The notes under the pieces were generated by a model that worked only from the letters and a program-made list of their open reading frames with translations, was not told the origin of the DNA and ran no database searches. Shown here one piece after another: positions 23,659 through 36,700 of a DNA stretch of 64,000 nt (position 1 is its first letter; each line of letters starts with the position of its first letter). This stretch comes from Eledone cirrhosa (Eukaryota): NCBI GenBank assembly GCA_964016885.1, contig OZ024742.1, forward strand, positions 263,934,001 to 263,998,000. Reading direction: 5' to 3'. The position numbers were made by a program, and so were the translations under genes.

Positions 23659-23964
23659 TTTTCTTTATTAACCACAAGGGTTTACATAAAGTAGACATTA
23701 AGGACAGTACAGGATAATACAGGACGGTACAAATGGGCATTTCTGCGTGTAAAAAAACAGAGGATGAAATAAAATAACAAAGAAAAATTCCCCAATAGGG
23801 GGGAGACTTCCGAGGGACATTTGTGGAGAAAGCCCATTAAAAGACCACAGTGGCCCTGACCACCAGGGCAAGTGCCCTCTCCCAGTTTTCCACCTTTAAT
23901 TTACAGACACATACTCTGAGAAGGCCCATTCATTCGGGCCATACTTGCTTCTCTCACCCATCTT

Positions 23965-26900
23965 TCAACAAAATGCTGGGAAGAGAGCACTCCCCTCTCT
24001 ACCCTGATTTTCCTTTTCAAAAGAAATTTGAAAAAAGTTAATGAGGGCATCACCGAAGAAGTAAGTGCTCGTCTTCAGCCCTTTCAAACGTGTCCACCAT
24101 ACTATCTCTTTCGCCATGGCCGCAAGAAAGATAAAAACTGCCTGCCCTTCCCGGCTAAAGGAAGAGGGCGGGGCAATCCTCACGATGGACTCAGCTGATA
24201 GCTGGATCCGTCCTACACGTGACAGCAGGTGTTCGTCATAAACCCAAAAGTCACCAATGCTCGGACACTGGACGAGTGCGTGCAGGACGGTTTCGTCGCC
24301 CTGCGCGCATCTCGGACATGCCCGGCTGACGGCACCTCCATGCCTGTAGATTTTATTCCGAACTGGCAAAGCTCCTCGGTAGCACTGCCAGGCCAGGGAT
24401 CTCTGGAAGTTGTCCATAGGCCCCGGCCCGAAAGTCCTTCCGAAGAGATTGGCTAGTTGATTTTCGTCGACGCCTAGAGTTTCTCCAAGTACGTCGTCGC
24501 TCTTCCCCTCCACTAATCCCCTATAGAACGCCAAGGTGGAGTTTCCATCGATCACATTTCCCGATTGGTCGAGGGCTGTGAGCGCCTGAAGACATTCCCG
24601 TCTCCAAGCGCTCCCTCTCGGTCCTCGCTTGACCCAGGACTGCAGCTCCGTCAAGGAGACGAGCTGGGGAAAAACGTGTCTAGCAAACGGCGACCACACC
24701 TGATCACCGTCGAGGAAGAGGTGGAGATGTCGTAGCCTGAGCGCGTGTCTGCGCATCATCAGCCACGGCATGCCCAGCCCTCCACGTAGCGGGTGTTGAC
24801 AGCAGATGGACCGCCTGACCATCGGAGCGCGTCCCTTCCACAAGAAGCGAAAGAGCAAACGCTCCAGCGCAGTCAGGCGGGGCTTAGGACAAGGTACGAC
24901 GGTCAGGCGGTAGTAGATGACGGATGCGATGTACGCATTCGCCACCTCCGATCGACCTTTCAGGGATAGCTTCCTCTCGGTCCATTTCTGGGTGAGAGAA
25001 GCCACCCTGCTCGTCACCTCGTCCCAGTTTTTGTCCGTCTGGAGGTCTGGACCGAACCAGACCCCTAGCAATTTAACCGGTCCGTCCGTCCAGCGCCCGA
25101 CGACGCTGTTGGACGGCATGGACCTGCCTCTCCAGGTGCCGAGCTGCAGGCCCACTGACTTTTCCTGGTTGATCATTGCTCCTGTCACCGCTTCGTATTC
25201 TCTTAGTGTAGTGCCGATCGCCTCGATGTATTTGGCGTTCGACACCACTACGGTGACATCGTCGGCATATGCTGACACGGATCCTCCGCATCCTAGTTCG
25301 CGCGGGACCCCCCTCAACGTCTCCAGTTTGTGCAGTAATGGCTCGAGAGTCAATACGTACAATAGGGACGAGAGGGGACATCCTTGGCGGACCGAGCGCA
25401 TGATGTTGAACGGTTCCGAAAGGTGACCGTTCACTCTCACTACAGAGCAGATGTCGCTGTGCATGGCAGCGATCCAGCCTCTGAAGACGGGCCCAAAGCC
25501 AGCCGCCCTCAGGACTACCGCTAGGTAACGATGGTCGACCCTATCGAAGGCTTTCGACTGATCTAAATTGATCAAAGACCCACCCGTGCCAGGTTCCCTA
25601 GCTACCCTCTCTACGATGTATCGCATGAGGTGGAGGTTGTCGTGGATGGATCTGTTGGGAATGGCGCATGTCTGTGCCTCTCCCACCAGACCACCAACGA
25701 CAAGCGCCAACCTCTTTGCTAGCACCTTGGCCAAAATCTTGAACTCTGTGTTTAGCAGAGTTATGGGCCTAAAATTATCTATGTTATCCCCCTTGTTCGG
25801 ATCCTTTCTCAGCAGCGCCACCGCTCCTCGGCTCACAGAGCATGGAATTCTCCCGTTCTGTTGCCAGTTGCAGTAGACGTCCGCCAAGAGGCCTCCGAAC
25901 AAGTTTGGCATTTGTACGTAAAGTTCATAGGGCAGACCATCCAAACCAGGCGATTTACCCCTTGTGCAATTAGTCATTGCATCCCGTACTTCAGCGGTTG
26001 TTATCGGCTTTTCGCAACACTTCGCCTCAGTGGCCGAAATCCGCGGCAGTCCGTCGAGGTAGACACTAAAGTCCATCCCTCGATCCGGCCCGCCACTGCC
26101 CCCGAACAGTTGAGCGAAGTGTCGCTGAAAAGCTTCACACATTTGCCCGGGATCGAGTAGCATGCGCCCGTCGTGGTCCACCAAAGACCGGATCGTGGCT
26201 TTGTTGCCACGACGCGCCTCCGCCACTCGGGCCCATTGAACGGCTTTCGTCCCCTCGTGTCTGAGAGCACGCACCCTAGCTCTGACAACGCAGCCTTCGT
26301 GCTTTGCATTGAAGAATTGGTCAAGGGCCAATTTCGCCGCAAGTACGTCGGTCGCGATGCCTTTGCTAAGCGCCTCATCTAATTTTCTAACTAATTCTCC
26401 CTCTGCTCTATTTTTCTCTATTGCTAAAGTCTTACTAAACCTAATGGACTCTATTCTAATTGCTCTTTTCAGAGCAAACCACCACTTGTTGTTGACGATG
26501 GCCCCCGTCAACGCCCGCTTAACTAGTTCGCTAATCCGGTCTCTGTAGGCCTTGCGCGCTGGTAAGGACGCGTTTAGCTTCCAGTAGCCGGGTCCTCGTC
26601 TATGAAGCCTATCTAAGTCAAGCACACAGATCACGAATTTGTGGTCCGTGTAGCTGACTATCTTGAATTGTGGACAGCCTATGCTAGACCTATCTATTTC
26701 CCTACAAAATACTCTATCTAGATATGATCTGGATGACCCTATGCGATTTGTCCAAGTCCACATTGGTACATTCGGGAAATCCATTCGGTACCTGTCAGAC
26801 AGTTCAAAACGTCTGAGCAGGTTGGTGAGACTCTTGCACCCTCCTTCGCTATCCACTAATCCCACACAATCCCAGCGTGCATCTAAGATCCCGTTCCAGT

Positions 26901-27321
26901 CGCCCACTAACACTAAAGAGCGGGACGTTCCAAGAAAGGTCTCCAGACGCCGGAAGAAATCAGGCCGCCCTGCTCCTGTCGGGGCATAGACGGCCACTAA
27001 CCTGAAAGCTTTCCCGTCTCCGCTGGTCACGTCCAGCACCACCAACTTACCTTCTGGGTCCAGGAAGATGGCCCGTATGGCAAGATCCAAACCTCTCCGA
27101 AAAAGCACAGCAACTCCTCCCCCCGATCCCGGACGGCTGGGAGATGCGTACACATCGTAGCCGCCGAAGATCGGTGCGAAAGCCTGTGCTTCGGAGATTC
27201 TGGTCTCGCTGATGGCCACTACATCTATGTTTAGTGACCTGAGGTCGTTGAGCAGGTAGCCCTGCTTCCATGACGACCCCAAGCCACGCGCATTTATGCT
27301 GCCTATTCTGAGTGAGGTCAT
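23965..27321 (-). CDS. B2 ORF2p: APE + RT + zinc finger (frameshift near the C-terminus)
   Basis: INARGL, GDWN, SYLDRV, TDH; YADD; CPRC..ETVLHALVQC; clearly homologous to family A ORF2. Confidence 0.9.
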   Translation of the reverse strand: MTSLRIGSINARGLGSSWKQGYLLNDLRSLNIDVVAISETRISEAQAFAPIFGGYDVYASPSRPGSGGGVAVLFRRGLDLAIRAIFLDPEGKLVVLDVTSGDGKAFRLVAVYAPTGAGRPDFFRRLETFLGTSRSLVLVGDWNGILDARWDCVGLVDSEGGCKSLTNLLRRFELSDRYRMDFPNVPMWTWTNRIGSSRSYLDRVFCREIDRSSIGCPQFKIVSYTDHKFVICVLDLDRLHRRGPGYWKLNASLPARKAYRDRISELVKRALTGAIVNNKWWFALKRAIRIESIRFSKTLAIEKNRAEGELVRKLDEALSKGIATDVLAAKLALDQFFNAKHEGCVVRARVRALRHEGTKAVQWARVAEARRGNKATIRSLVDHDGRMLLDPGQMCEAFQRHFAQLFGGSGGPDRGMDFSVYLDGLPRISATEAKCCEKPITTAEVRDAMTNCTRGKSPGLDGLPYELYVQMPNLFGGLLADVYCNWQQNGRIPCSVSRGAVALLRKDPNKGDNIDNFRPITLLNTEFKILAKVLAKRLALVVGGLVGEAQTCAIPNRSIHDNLHLMRYIVERVAREPGTGGSLINLDQSKAFDRVDHRYLAVVLRAAGFGPVFRGWIAAMHSDICSVVRVNGHLSEPFNIMRSVRQGCPLSSLLYVLTLEPLLHKLETLRGVPRELGCGGSVSAYADDVTVVVSNAKYIEAIGTTLREYEAVTGAMINQEKSVGLQLGTWRGRSMPSNSVVGRWTDGPVKLLGVWFGPDLQTDKNWDEVTSRVASLTQKWTERKLSLKGRSEVANAYIASVIYYRLTVVPCPKPRLTALERLLFRFLWKGRAPMVRRSICCQHPLRGGLGMPWLMMRRHALRLRHLHLFLDGDQVWSPFARHVFPQLVSLTELQSWVKRGPRGSAWRRECLQALTALDQSGNVIDGNSTLAFYRGLVEGKSDDVLGETLGVDENQLANLFGRTFGPGPMDNFQRSLAWQCYRGALPVRNKIYRHGGAVSRACPRCAQGDETVLHALVQCPSIGDFWVYDEHLLSRVGRIQLSAESIVRIAPPSSFSREGQAVFIFLAAMAKEIVWWTRLKGLKTSTYFFGDALINFFQISFEKENQGREGSALFPAFC

Positions 27322-27355
27322 GTTGAAAAGGAGTGGAAAAGATGGGAAAGACCAC

Positions 27356-29328
27356 TTACCTTACTTCTTGTAGGGGAAGGACGGTTTTTCCATCCTTTTC
27401 ACTGCTTGTGGCCTCCTCAGGAAGGATGTCCTTATAAATCCTCCTGGAGAGTGCTTGTCGGAAGTCTCCGATGTCTTTGGGGAATTTTTGTTTTAGTGTC
27501 ATGTACGTTTTCTGTGTGATGCGAGTGATTTGTATGTGTGGAGGTGGTGTGAATTTTGGGGTTGTTGTGTAGTCTTTTTCTGTGATGCTGGTGTTGTGTT
27601 GGATGTAGTGTAATAATTGCTTGTTGTTCAAATTTAATGCTGTGTAGTGTGTATCGTTTTGGTTGTTTTGTTTTGTTTGCGTTTGTTGTGGGTTTGTTTC
27701 TGTTTCGCATTTTGGTGACTTTTGTGGTGTAGGTGATGGTGGTGTTGGGGTTAATGATGGTGATGGTGTTGGTGTTTGGGTTGATGGGGTTGGTGATGCT
27801 GGTGTGGATGGTGGCATATCTGTCCTAACTTTTTTGTTTCTTAATTTATTTGTTTCCCTCTGTATTTTGTTTTTGGAGGGGGAAGGAAGAGAATTTTTTC
27901 TTTTTTGGTTTCTTTTTTTTTCCGGATATCGTTTCCCACTCCTCGTCGTCACAATCTGTCTCCAGTTGTGATAGGCCGGGGAGTGGAAAATCCTCCACAG
28001 CCGTTAGTTTTGGTTGTGGCGTGGTGGATGGTGTAGGCGCTGGTGCTAGTTCTGAAGCGTTGGGTGGTGGTGGTGTTGGTTTTGCTGGTGGTGGTGGTGG
28101 TGTTGGTTTTGCTACTGTTGCTGGGGTTGTTGCTGTTATAGTTGCTTCTGTTGTTGCTGCTACAGTTGTTGCTGCCATCTCTGCTACTGTAGGTGTTGAT
28201 GGTTGTGTCACTGGGGTGGGTAGGAGAGGTGGCCTCAACCTTTTAGCCTGAGGGCAGAAAGCCCTTAGGTGGGTTCCTTCACCACAAACGACACACCTAG
28301 GTCTTCTGCCCTCGACAATTACCGTGAGGTGACTGCCGTCAGTGAGGTCTATTACCTCTGGGATCTCCTCAATGCTTTTTTGGTCCGCTTGGATCAGGAG
28401 CTCCATCCCAGATCCGGACCAGTTTTCCTGCTTTTCTTTTGCTATTGCTATTATTTTCGTGTTGGCTTCGATGCCGGCGAGGACGGCCGCTATTAGCCAG
28501 GGAATTTCGATGGCCGGTGGAACGTGGGTCACCCTGATCTTTACGAGTCTCTGGCCACAATAGGTTGGGACGAGTGTGAAGTCGTCACTTTTTAATGGGG
28601 CCATGGAGTGTTCTCTAGCCTCCTCTGGTGTTTCGAAGAACACGTCCACGGTTCCATACTTTTGCCCACGTCTGATGTGGGTTTTTCTTGCCCACACATG
28701 TCCCAAAGGTTTTTGGATTTGGGACTCGGATGCCCGTTCCACTCGGCGCGATTTTACATTTATTGTTCTATACGACACGGTGCATAGGCACCGATGCTCC
28801 ATTTTATTAGGTGGGGGGCTGACCCTGTACCCCTCTTTCTTTACCATTTGTTTGGCATTTTCTAAATCTTCCTGAGTTACCGTAAATGCTTCGAATTGTT
28901 TTGCTACTCTGGCGAAACTGAGGGGGGTTTTATAATGTCATTGTTGTTGTTGTTGCTATCGTTAATATTAATTTTAGTTTCAGTTGTGGTGGTGGTGACG
29001 TCAGTCGTCTTTGGTGCCGAAGAGTCCATTTTGCTTGATTTCATTTCGAGATCACGAGTTAATTTATTTTTTTCTTTTGTTTCTGTTGTCGCGGTGGTGG
29101 TGGGGGTGGTGTTTGTCGCGATGGTGGTGGTGGTGGAGGCTTTAACACCTGCAGTCATTGGTAATGGCGGGAAATGAATGTCTGCCTGAGACAAATTTAA
29201 AATATTGCTACTGCTTATATTTTTTTTGTGTTTGCAAACGTAGTAACATTTACAATGGTGGTGTCGGTGTGAGGTGTTATTTTGTGAGGAAGGCTTTCAG
29301 CTGCTTCGTGCAGAGGGGAATTAGCCAT
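27356..29328 (-). pseudogene. B2 ORF1 (CCHC knuckle), broken into several frames
   Basis: VEGRRPRCVVCGEGTHLRAFCPQ matches family A VEGRRPSCYLCGTRGHLRAVCPQ; ATG at 29328. Confidence 0.85.
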
Positions 29329-29538
29329 TTTTTTTTCAAAGAAATTTTTGGATAATAATAAAAGTTAAAATTTTGGGCACAAGGCCCCAATCTTTTTGGG
29401 TGTCCTTTTCGGAAAACAATGTATGTGCGCTTATATATGGTTAACAATAAAAATTTTCCATAAATAGCAATTTTTAACAAACGGAAATAACAAACCTTTG
29501 CGGAGCTCACGATGATACGATTTACTACGTAGGTCGCC

Positions 29539-29601
<63 letters not shown>

Positions 29602-29602
<1 letters not shown>

Positions 29603-30242
29603 TTTTCTTTATTAACCACAAGGGTTTACATAAAGTAGACATTAAGGACAGTACAGGACAATACAGGACGGTACAAATGGGCATTTCTGCGTGTAAAAAA
29701 CAAAAACAGAGGATGTAACAAAAAAATAACAATGAAAAATTCCCCAATAGGAGGGAGACTTCGGAGGGACATTCGTGGAGAAAGCCCATTAAAAAAGCCA
29801 CGGTGACCCTGACCACCAGGGCAATTGCCCTCTCCCAGTTTTCCACCTTCAATTTACAGTCACATACTCAGAGTAGGCCCATTCACTCGGGCCATTCTTG
29901 CCTCTCTCACCCATCTTTCAACAAAAGGCTGGGAAGGGAGCACTTCCCTCTCTACCCTGATTTTCCTTTTCAAATGAAATTTGAACAAGTTAACCAGGGC
30001 ATCACCGAAGTGGTAAGTGCTCGTCTTCAGCCCTTTCAAACGCATCCACCATACTATCTCTTTCGCCATGGCCACTAGACAGATAAAAACTGCCTGCCCT
30101 TCCCGGTTAAAGGAAGAGGGCGGGCAATCCTCACGTTGGACTCAGCTGATAGTCGGATCCGTTCTACACGTGACAGCAGGTGTTCGACATAAACCCACAT
30201 GTCAGCAATGCTCGGACACTGGACGAGTGCATGCAGGACGTG
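29602..30242 (-). mobile_element. Tx1 family B, 5'-truncated copy B3 (3' 640 bp)
   Basis: Homologous to 23658-24290; (TAA)n at 29539-29601. Confidence 0.9.
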
Positions 30243-30551
30243 TGCTGCTAAAAAGGAACCGTCTGCCTTCACAGAAACCACTCATTCTTTATTTCATTTG
30301 CTCTAAATCATATCATTAACGCTATATTGAAATCATGTTTTTGTTTCTAAAGCTATTTAACGAGGATGCATAACTGATGATTCCATTTTGTCCATTTCGG
30401 TTCATAATGAATTATGTTCCGCGTGGCTAAAGTCATAATTCTACACCCTGTTGTTTAGAGATTTCGAGGCGCCATATTTTATTTCTTTCATCTCTAATGT
30501 GTTTGTTAGTTTCTTTCTTTCTCCCCCACTCCTTTCTCTTTCTCTCTGTCT

Positions 30552-30635
<84 letters not shown>

Positions 30636-31089
30636 CTTTCTTTCTCGCTTTCTTTCTTTCTTTCTTTCTTTATTCCTTCTACAGCTATTCTTTTTTCTTT
30701 CTCTTTATTTCCGTTATCTATCTCACTACTAATATTAATATTATGGAGTTACAAGCCCGGTAGAATGTGAAATTAAATGTCTTACAATCTGAATACAAAT
30801 CCTGCTTGACATCAACTTCCGATTCAAGCAAATGAGTACCAGAAATGACTAGGACAGATACAATCAACTGTAACATTTATAAATTATCATTATCCATCCT
30901 CATCACTGGGTCGAATGATAACATGGATGCAGAAACAAAGCACCCAGTAATAACAGAAAAATTATCCAATAGCACCAAATGCAAGATAAACATTAATAAA
31001 TCAAAAATGATTGATGGTATATTGACCCTCAATAAATACAGTTGATTCTTATTTCATGTTTTATTACAAGTCATTGTCATACACAAAAC

Positions 31090-31260
31090 TAAGGCGGATG
31101 GATTGACAGAATATTTTGAGTGCATTTGTTGTGATATTTGTTTTGGGTCTGCACTGAGAGTTCAAATCCTGGCAAGAACCCACTTTGCCAATCATCCTTC
31201 TGCGATCGAAGAAATAACGCACAAGTGAAATGCTAGGGTCGATTAACTGTTCCACTAACT
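31090..31260 (+). mobile_element. Old SINE copy
   Basis: GGCGG..GAGTTCAAATCC..ACTTTGCC..ATCCTT..GATCGA..GGGTCGATT. Confidence 0.55.
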
Positions 31261-31904
31261 TTTGATATTGTCTTTCTGTTTATGTTATAAATGATAATTT
31301 GACACAGCATATACTCTTTACATAACAATACAACAACGGGCGACAATAATGAACAATTAAATCCATTGAATAGACAATGACAGACTGATGGATGATTTTT
31401 AACAAATTTTAGGAACACACGCTATTACATTCGACATTCACAGAGGGTGTGGTATTTGAACACAGAACGTTAAGGACAGGAACAGATATAGCAAAGCAAC
31501 TCGCCCAATACTATAACAATTTGGTCAAATCCATCACCACTGGGCAACCCCAAATAGAAAAAAAGGCAAAGTTGATCTCAGTCGGATTTGAATCTCAGAG
31601 TGCAGAGAGCTGGAATAAATACCTAATGACTAAAAATATATGTATATATGTGTGGCTATATGTATTTTTGTGTGTGAGCGTGTGTGTACGTGAGTGTATG
31701 TGCATGTAATAACATTTAGCGCATTAACAGAGATATACTGAAATCATACAAAACCTTTAAATCCAGTAAAGTCTATTCAGTTTGAACATCCACTTATATG
31801 TATATGTATATATATATACATATTTATATAATTATAATATGTCCTGCATATATCTGATAACATTTTACCTTGTGCATTCAGAGATTTTGATATTATGCAT
31901 AATA

Positions 31905-32130
31905 TGAAGTCAGGTGAATTAGCAGAACTGGTAGATCATCGGACAAAAAGCTACTGCCTTATTTGATCTGGCTCTTTATATTCCTGTCGTTCAAACCCAG
32001 TCGAGGTCAATATTGCCTTTCATGATTCCGGGATCGATAAAATAAAGTATAAATCAAATAATGTGGTTCATTTATTCAACTTTGTCCTTCGTCCCAACTT
32101 GCTGGTCTTTTGCCTCATCTGGCAAGTAAT
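31905..32130 (+). mobile_element. Old SINE copy
   Basis: TAGCAGAACTGGTAG (A box), GTTCAAACCC (B box), GCCTTTCAT..GATCGATAAAATAAAGTA. Confidence 0.65.
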
Positions 32131-32571
32131 ATTAGGTATTGTATGTGAATATGAATCCTTTTAAATTGAACACTATCTTTAAAGATATTAACTAAACAAA
32201 ACAAACGATAAAATAGGAAAAGATTTGCGTATTTACTATCCGATGTAAATTATACCCCCTATACCCATTGTTATACGGAAAATGGATCCAGCAATGCGAG
32301 CGAAGATCACTGAAAACTGAAAGGTCTTCTCCCTCTCACTGCTAGTTAACTTTTAGGCAAACGTACGTGTATATGGCAGATCACATGAAACATTAATTTT
32401 AAATTTTTGTGTAAGAATGTAAATTGCCCAATTAAAGTTGTATTAAAAGTGTGCTAAGTTTATTATAACAGTCTGAAATAAGAATTATTTCAGACTCACC
32501 GATTACAACGCTTGACTAACGTCAACCACACGAAACCTTCAGGCATTTGTGCGGTCGTTAACTTTTTAACA

Positions 32572-32611
<40 letters not shown>

Positions 32612-32640
32612 AAAGAATAGAGGTGTAACACACAAGTTAT

Positions 32641-33109
32641 TATATATTGGTAAACGGAATAGAAAATGCTGACAAATTGTTCACAGTTGAAAAATGGTTT
32701 AATTAGGAATAAAAGAGTATTAGTGATTGTATGGGTTAGTATTCAGTTGTGGTTTTAAGTTTTTAAGTTATTACCGGTTGCGCATTTCTAAATGCTTTTC
32801 AAAAATAATTTTGAGATAGAGTGTCCGTGCTGTTTGCTCTGATCTGATTAGTTTGGGGAATTCTACCTGTTTTTATGTTAAAAAAGTGGCTCCAATTTGC
32901 AAAAATTCTTGTGGTCAAAACAATTTTGATTGGTCGGTAGAGGTCATGTGAATGTAAAAAATTGATTTTGCGCCAAGACTGCTTTTATGTTAAAAAAGTG
33001 GCTCCAGCAAAAATTCTTGTGGTCAAAACAATTTTGATTGGTCGGTAGAGGTCATGTGAATAAAAAATTGGTTTTGCGCCAAGATTGAGAAATGACTCTT
33101 TCACAACAA

Positions 33110-33151
<42 letters not shown>

Positions 33152-33226
33152 TAGTAGTAGTAAGGTGTTCGATGTTGTGATAATGGTTAGCAGCGATGTG
33201 TGTCAAATGGCTATTAAGATAAGTGT

Positions 33227-33265
<39 letters not shown>

Positions 33266-33419
33266 GCAGAGTAATTCGTGGTGGCAGGGATGGTCAGTAA
33301 GAATGTGTCTGAAAGCAATGGGGGGTATTTTAGCATGTCAAAAGATATTTTTCAGCTTTTGTCTTATACGGAGAAGTGCGTGTGTGTGTGTATATATAAG
33401 TCTCTTTGTATGTTGATGT

Positions 33420-33484
<65 letters not shown>

Positions 33485-33667
33485 GAAGAGTAATTCGTGG
33501 TGGCAGGGATGGTCAGTAAGGATGTGTCTGAAAGCAATGGGGGGTACTTTAGCTTGTCAAAAGATATTTTTCAGCTTTTGTCTTATACGGAGAAGTGCGT
33601 GTGTGTGTGTGTGTGTGTATATATAAGTCTCTTTGTATGTTGATGTACGCGTGTGTATGTGTGTGTG

Positions 33668-33736
<69 letters not shown>

Positions 33737-36700
33737 ACCAGTATTTTTTTCCCCCTGGTAAAATGGTGTACATTATTCGATTTTTTCAGTAAAATCGGTT
33801 CTCTTAATAGAACATCAAAAATCTTAACAATAAAAGGTGTGAAATGATATTCACTATATATATACACATACATATATTCACTATACATATATATATACAT
33901 ACATATACATATATACATATATATATGCACATATATTTTTTTGTGTTGCACCATAGAGCATGTGTGTTTACGTATGTCATTGTGTTTATATGTGGGTAGA
34001 GATGTGTGCTGATGTAGGTATGTATGTTGACGTGTGTATGTTATAGGTTCGTCTTAGGGAGAAGTGTTTAGACGGGGTCCGTATTTGTTAATGAAGTAAG
34101 ATTCCTTGCTGATGCGCTGGGTGTGGGTGGCATTATCTTTAAATTTGTAGAGGGGAAAGATTCTGAAGTTGGGATGATTTTGGGCGTCACAAGTATCAAT
34201 GTGTTCACTCAGTGGTATTTTCCTGTATTCCCGTATTTTGATTTGGGATCTATGGACAGTCATGCGTTGGCGGAGGCTGTTTTTGGTCTGGCCTATGTAT
34301 TGTTCTCGACAACCTGAACAAGTTAATACATATATTAGATTTTCCGATGCACATGTGAAATTGTGTTTTACTATAAAACGTTGTCCATCTTTGAAATAGA
34401 ATTCCGAACCCTCTATTAGGTTGATGCAAATGCCACAGTTGGGTCTATCGCATTTTTTTACTGTGGGTTTCGTTGTTGTGGTTGGCAGTACTTTGGCATG
34501 TGTTAAGATGTTTTTCATTGATTTGGATTGTCTTTTGCTCTTTATGATATCGTGTGTTCGTAGAATTTGGTTCATTCTATGGTCCCTTTTCAATACAGGG
34601 ATGTTCTGGAGGATGGTGTCAAAGGCCTCATTGTTGAGGGGGTTGTGTGTGGAGATGTATGGAAGAGCTTTTAGTTTTGGTTGATTTACTTTAGGGTCCT
34701 GGGTACTGAGTTTTAGGGCACGTTGGATTCCATTGTCAATTAGTGATGCAGGGTAGTCCCTGCCTATGAGTGTGTCCTTTAGTTCTTGTAGCCGTAAGTA
34801 GCAGATGTTTTTATTGGAGACTATAGTACAGATTCTCTTGGCTAAGTTGTAGGGAATATTAATTTTAACGTGTCTAGGGTGGCAAGAGTTGAAGGGGAGA
34901 TATTGCTTGAAGTCTGTGGGCTTGTAGTATATGTCTGTTTCTATTTTTTTGTTATGGATCTTAATGAGGATGTCGAGGAAGGGGAGTTGTTGATGGCTGT
35001 ATTCCATCGTGAAGTTAATATTTGTGTTGAGCCCATTTATAAGGGTGTGAAATTCTTTAAGTTTTTCGATGTTTTCGTGCCAAAGGATGAAGCAGTCATC
35101 TAGATATCGCTTCCAGTTCCTTTCAATGTGTTAGTGGAGGGTGTTTCCAAATTTGTTTAGGACTTTAGTGTGGAGGGTGATTTCCAGGTATCCCATGACT
35201 AGGTTGGCATAAGTGGGGGCTGTTTTCGTTCCCATAGCGGTCCCAGATTTCTGCCTGTAGGGTTTGTTATTGAAAACGAAGTAATTGTTCTCCAAGATAA
35301 ATTTGAGTCCCTCTATCACGAATTCTTTTTTGATGCGTTGTGGGAGTTCATTGTGGAAATTATCCAGCCAGAATTGGATAGCTTCTATTCCTAGGTTGTG
35401 GGAGATGTTGGAGTATAGGTTGACAACATCGAACGTCACTAGTAGGGTTTGTTCAGAAAGTGGCATATTAGGGAGGTGATTGAGCATATCTAGGTCGTCC
35501 CTTATATAGCTTTTGATGTGCTTGAGGAAGGGTTTGAGAAGGGTATCAATGAAGTTGCTAAGACGGTGCGTTTCGCAAGCGGGGCCTGCTATTATAGGTC
35601 TTAATTTGAGATCATTGGGTGAGGGGACATTGATGACTATGTCTGTGGCTTCCTTGCATGCCTTACTTATTGATTCGCTTTTATGTACTTTAGGGATACC
35701 GTAGAAAAGGCTGGATTTACTTGTGAAGTCTGTGATGAAGCTGAATTCCTTGTTAGTGAGTCCTTCTTTGTATTGGTTGATTAGAGTTTTTAGGTTTCTC
35801 ATAATTTTCTGTTGATTGTAGTGTTCAGCCTTTTCGTAGTATGTTTCGTTTTCCAAAGTGGAGAGCGTTAAGTTGATATAGAATTCTGTCTCCATTAGGA
35901 CTACTGTACTCCCTTTATCAGCCTCTTTAATTGTAATGGTTCTGTCGGTTTTTAATCTATTTAATTCTTCCCATTCTTTCTTGTTGAGGTTTGGCTTGTG
36001 TTTTTGTCTGTGCAAGTGTTGGTAAGGGAAGTTTGTGATGTGTTTACAGAATTCGTCCAGGATTTTATTTCTACCTTTTGAAGGGGTGTAATTGCTTCTA
36101 TTTCTGGCTAATGATTCATCCTCATTGTACTGGTCGAATAGTTGTTCACTAGGTCGTAACTTTCTACAGAAGTCTGTGATGTCTTCCTTCATTTCATAGT
36201 AGTTAGGACGTAGTGGGGTCGGTGTGAATTTAAGACCTTTGGAGAGTAAGTTGATAAGGTTGGGTGTTGGTTCTGCACTAGTAAGATTGATAATTTTTAT
36301 TACTATCGGTTTCTCCTCCCTGTCTTGTGTTATTTTGTTTGCCTGTATCTGTGTGCTGTGTCTAAAAAATGGTTGGGGTAGAGGGGTTGTCTGCTGATGT
36401 TAAGTGGTCTCCTGTGTTTGTTATATTCCTTGTTGTTGTAAAATGTGGTTCGGGTTGGTGGTTGTAGATTGAATGGGGTGTTCCTGTACTGCGAGTATGG
36501 GTGTGTGTTTCTATGTGCCATGTTGTATTGTGGTGTTATAAGTGGCCTACGTTGTTGGTTGTATCGTGTGGTGTGGGTTTGTTGTGTATTGTGGAAGCGA
36601 GAGTTGAGAAAATGGTAATTACCTTGCTGTCCCCTGGAAGCGGGGAAGTTGTTACATCTATCATGGTGGTGGTATCTTTTCCCTATGTTTGACGATGAGG

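Larger units (their letters stand above)
23658..29538 (-). mobile_element. L1/Tx1-clade family B, copy B2 (full length)
   Basis: 5' GGCGACCTACGTAG preceded by (ATT)n; 3' ..TTAATAAAGAAAAC(ATT)n; ORF1 + ORF2. Confidence 0.93.

Noticed and set aside
30368-30425. CTGATGA at 30374
   Set aside because: No GAAA-helix III-NUH segment
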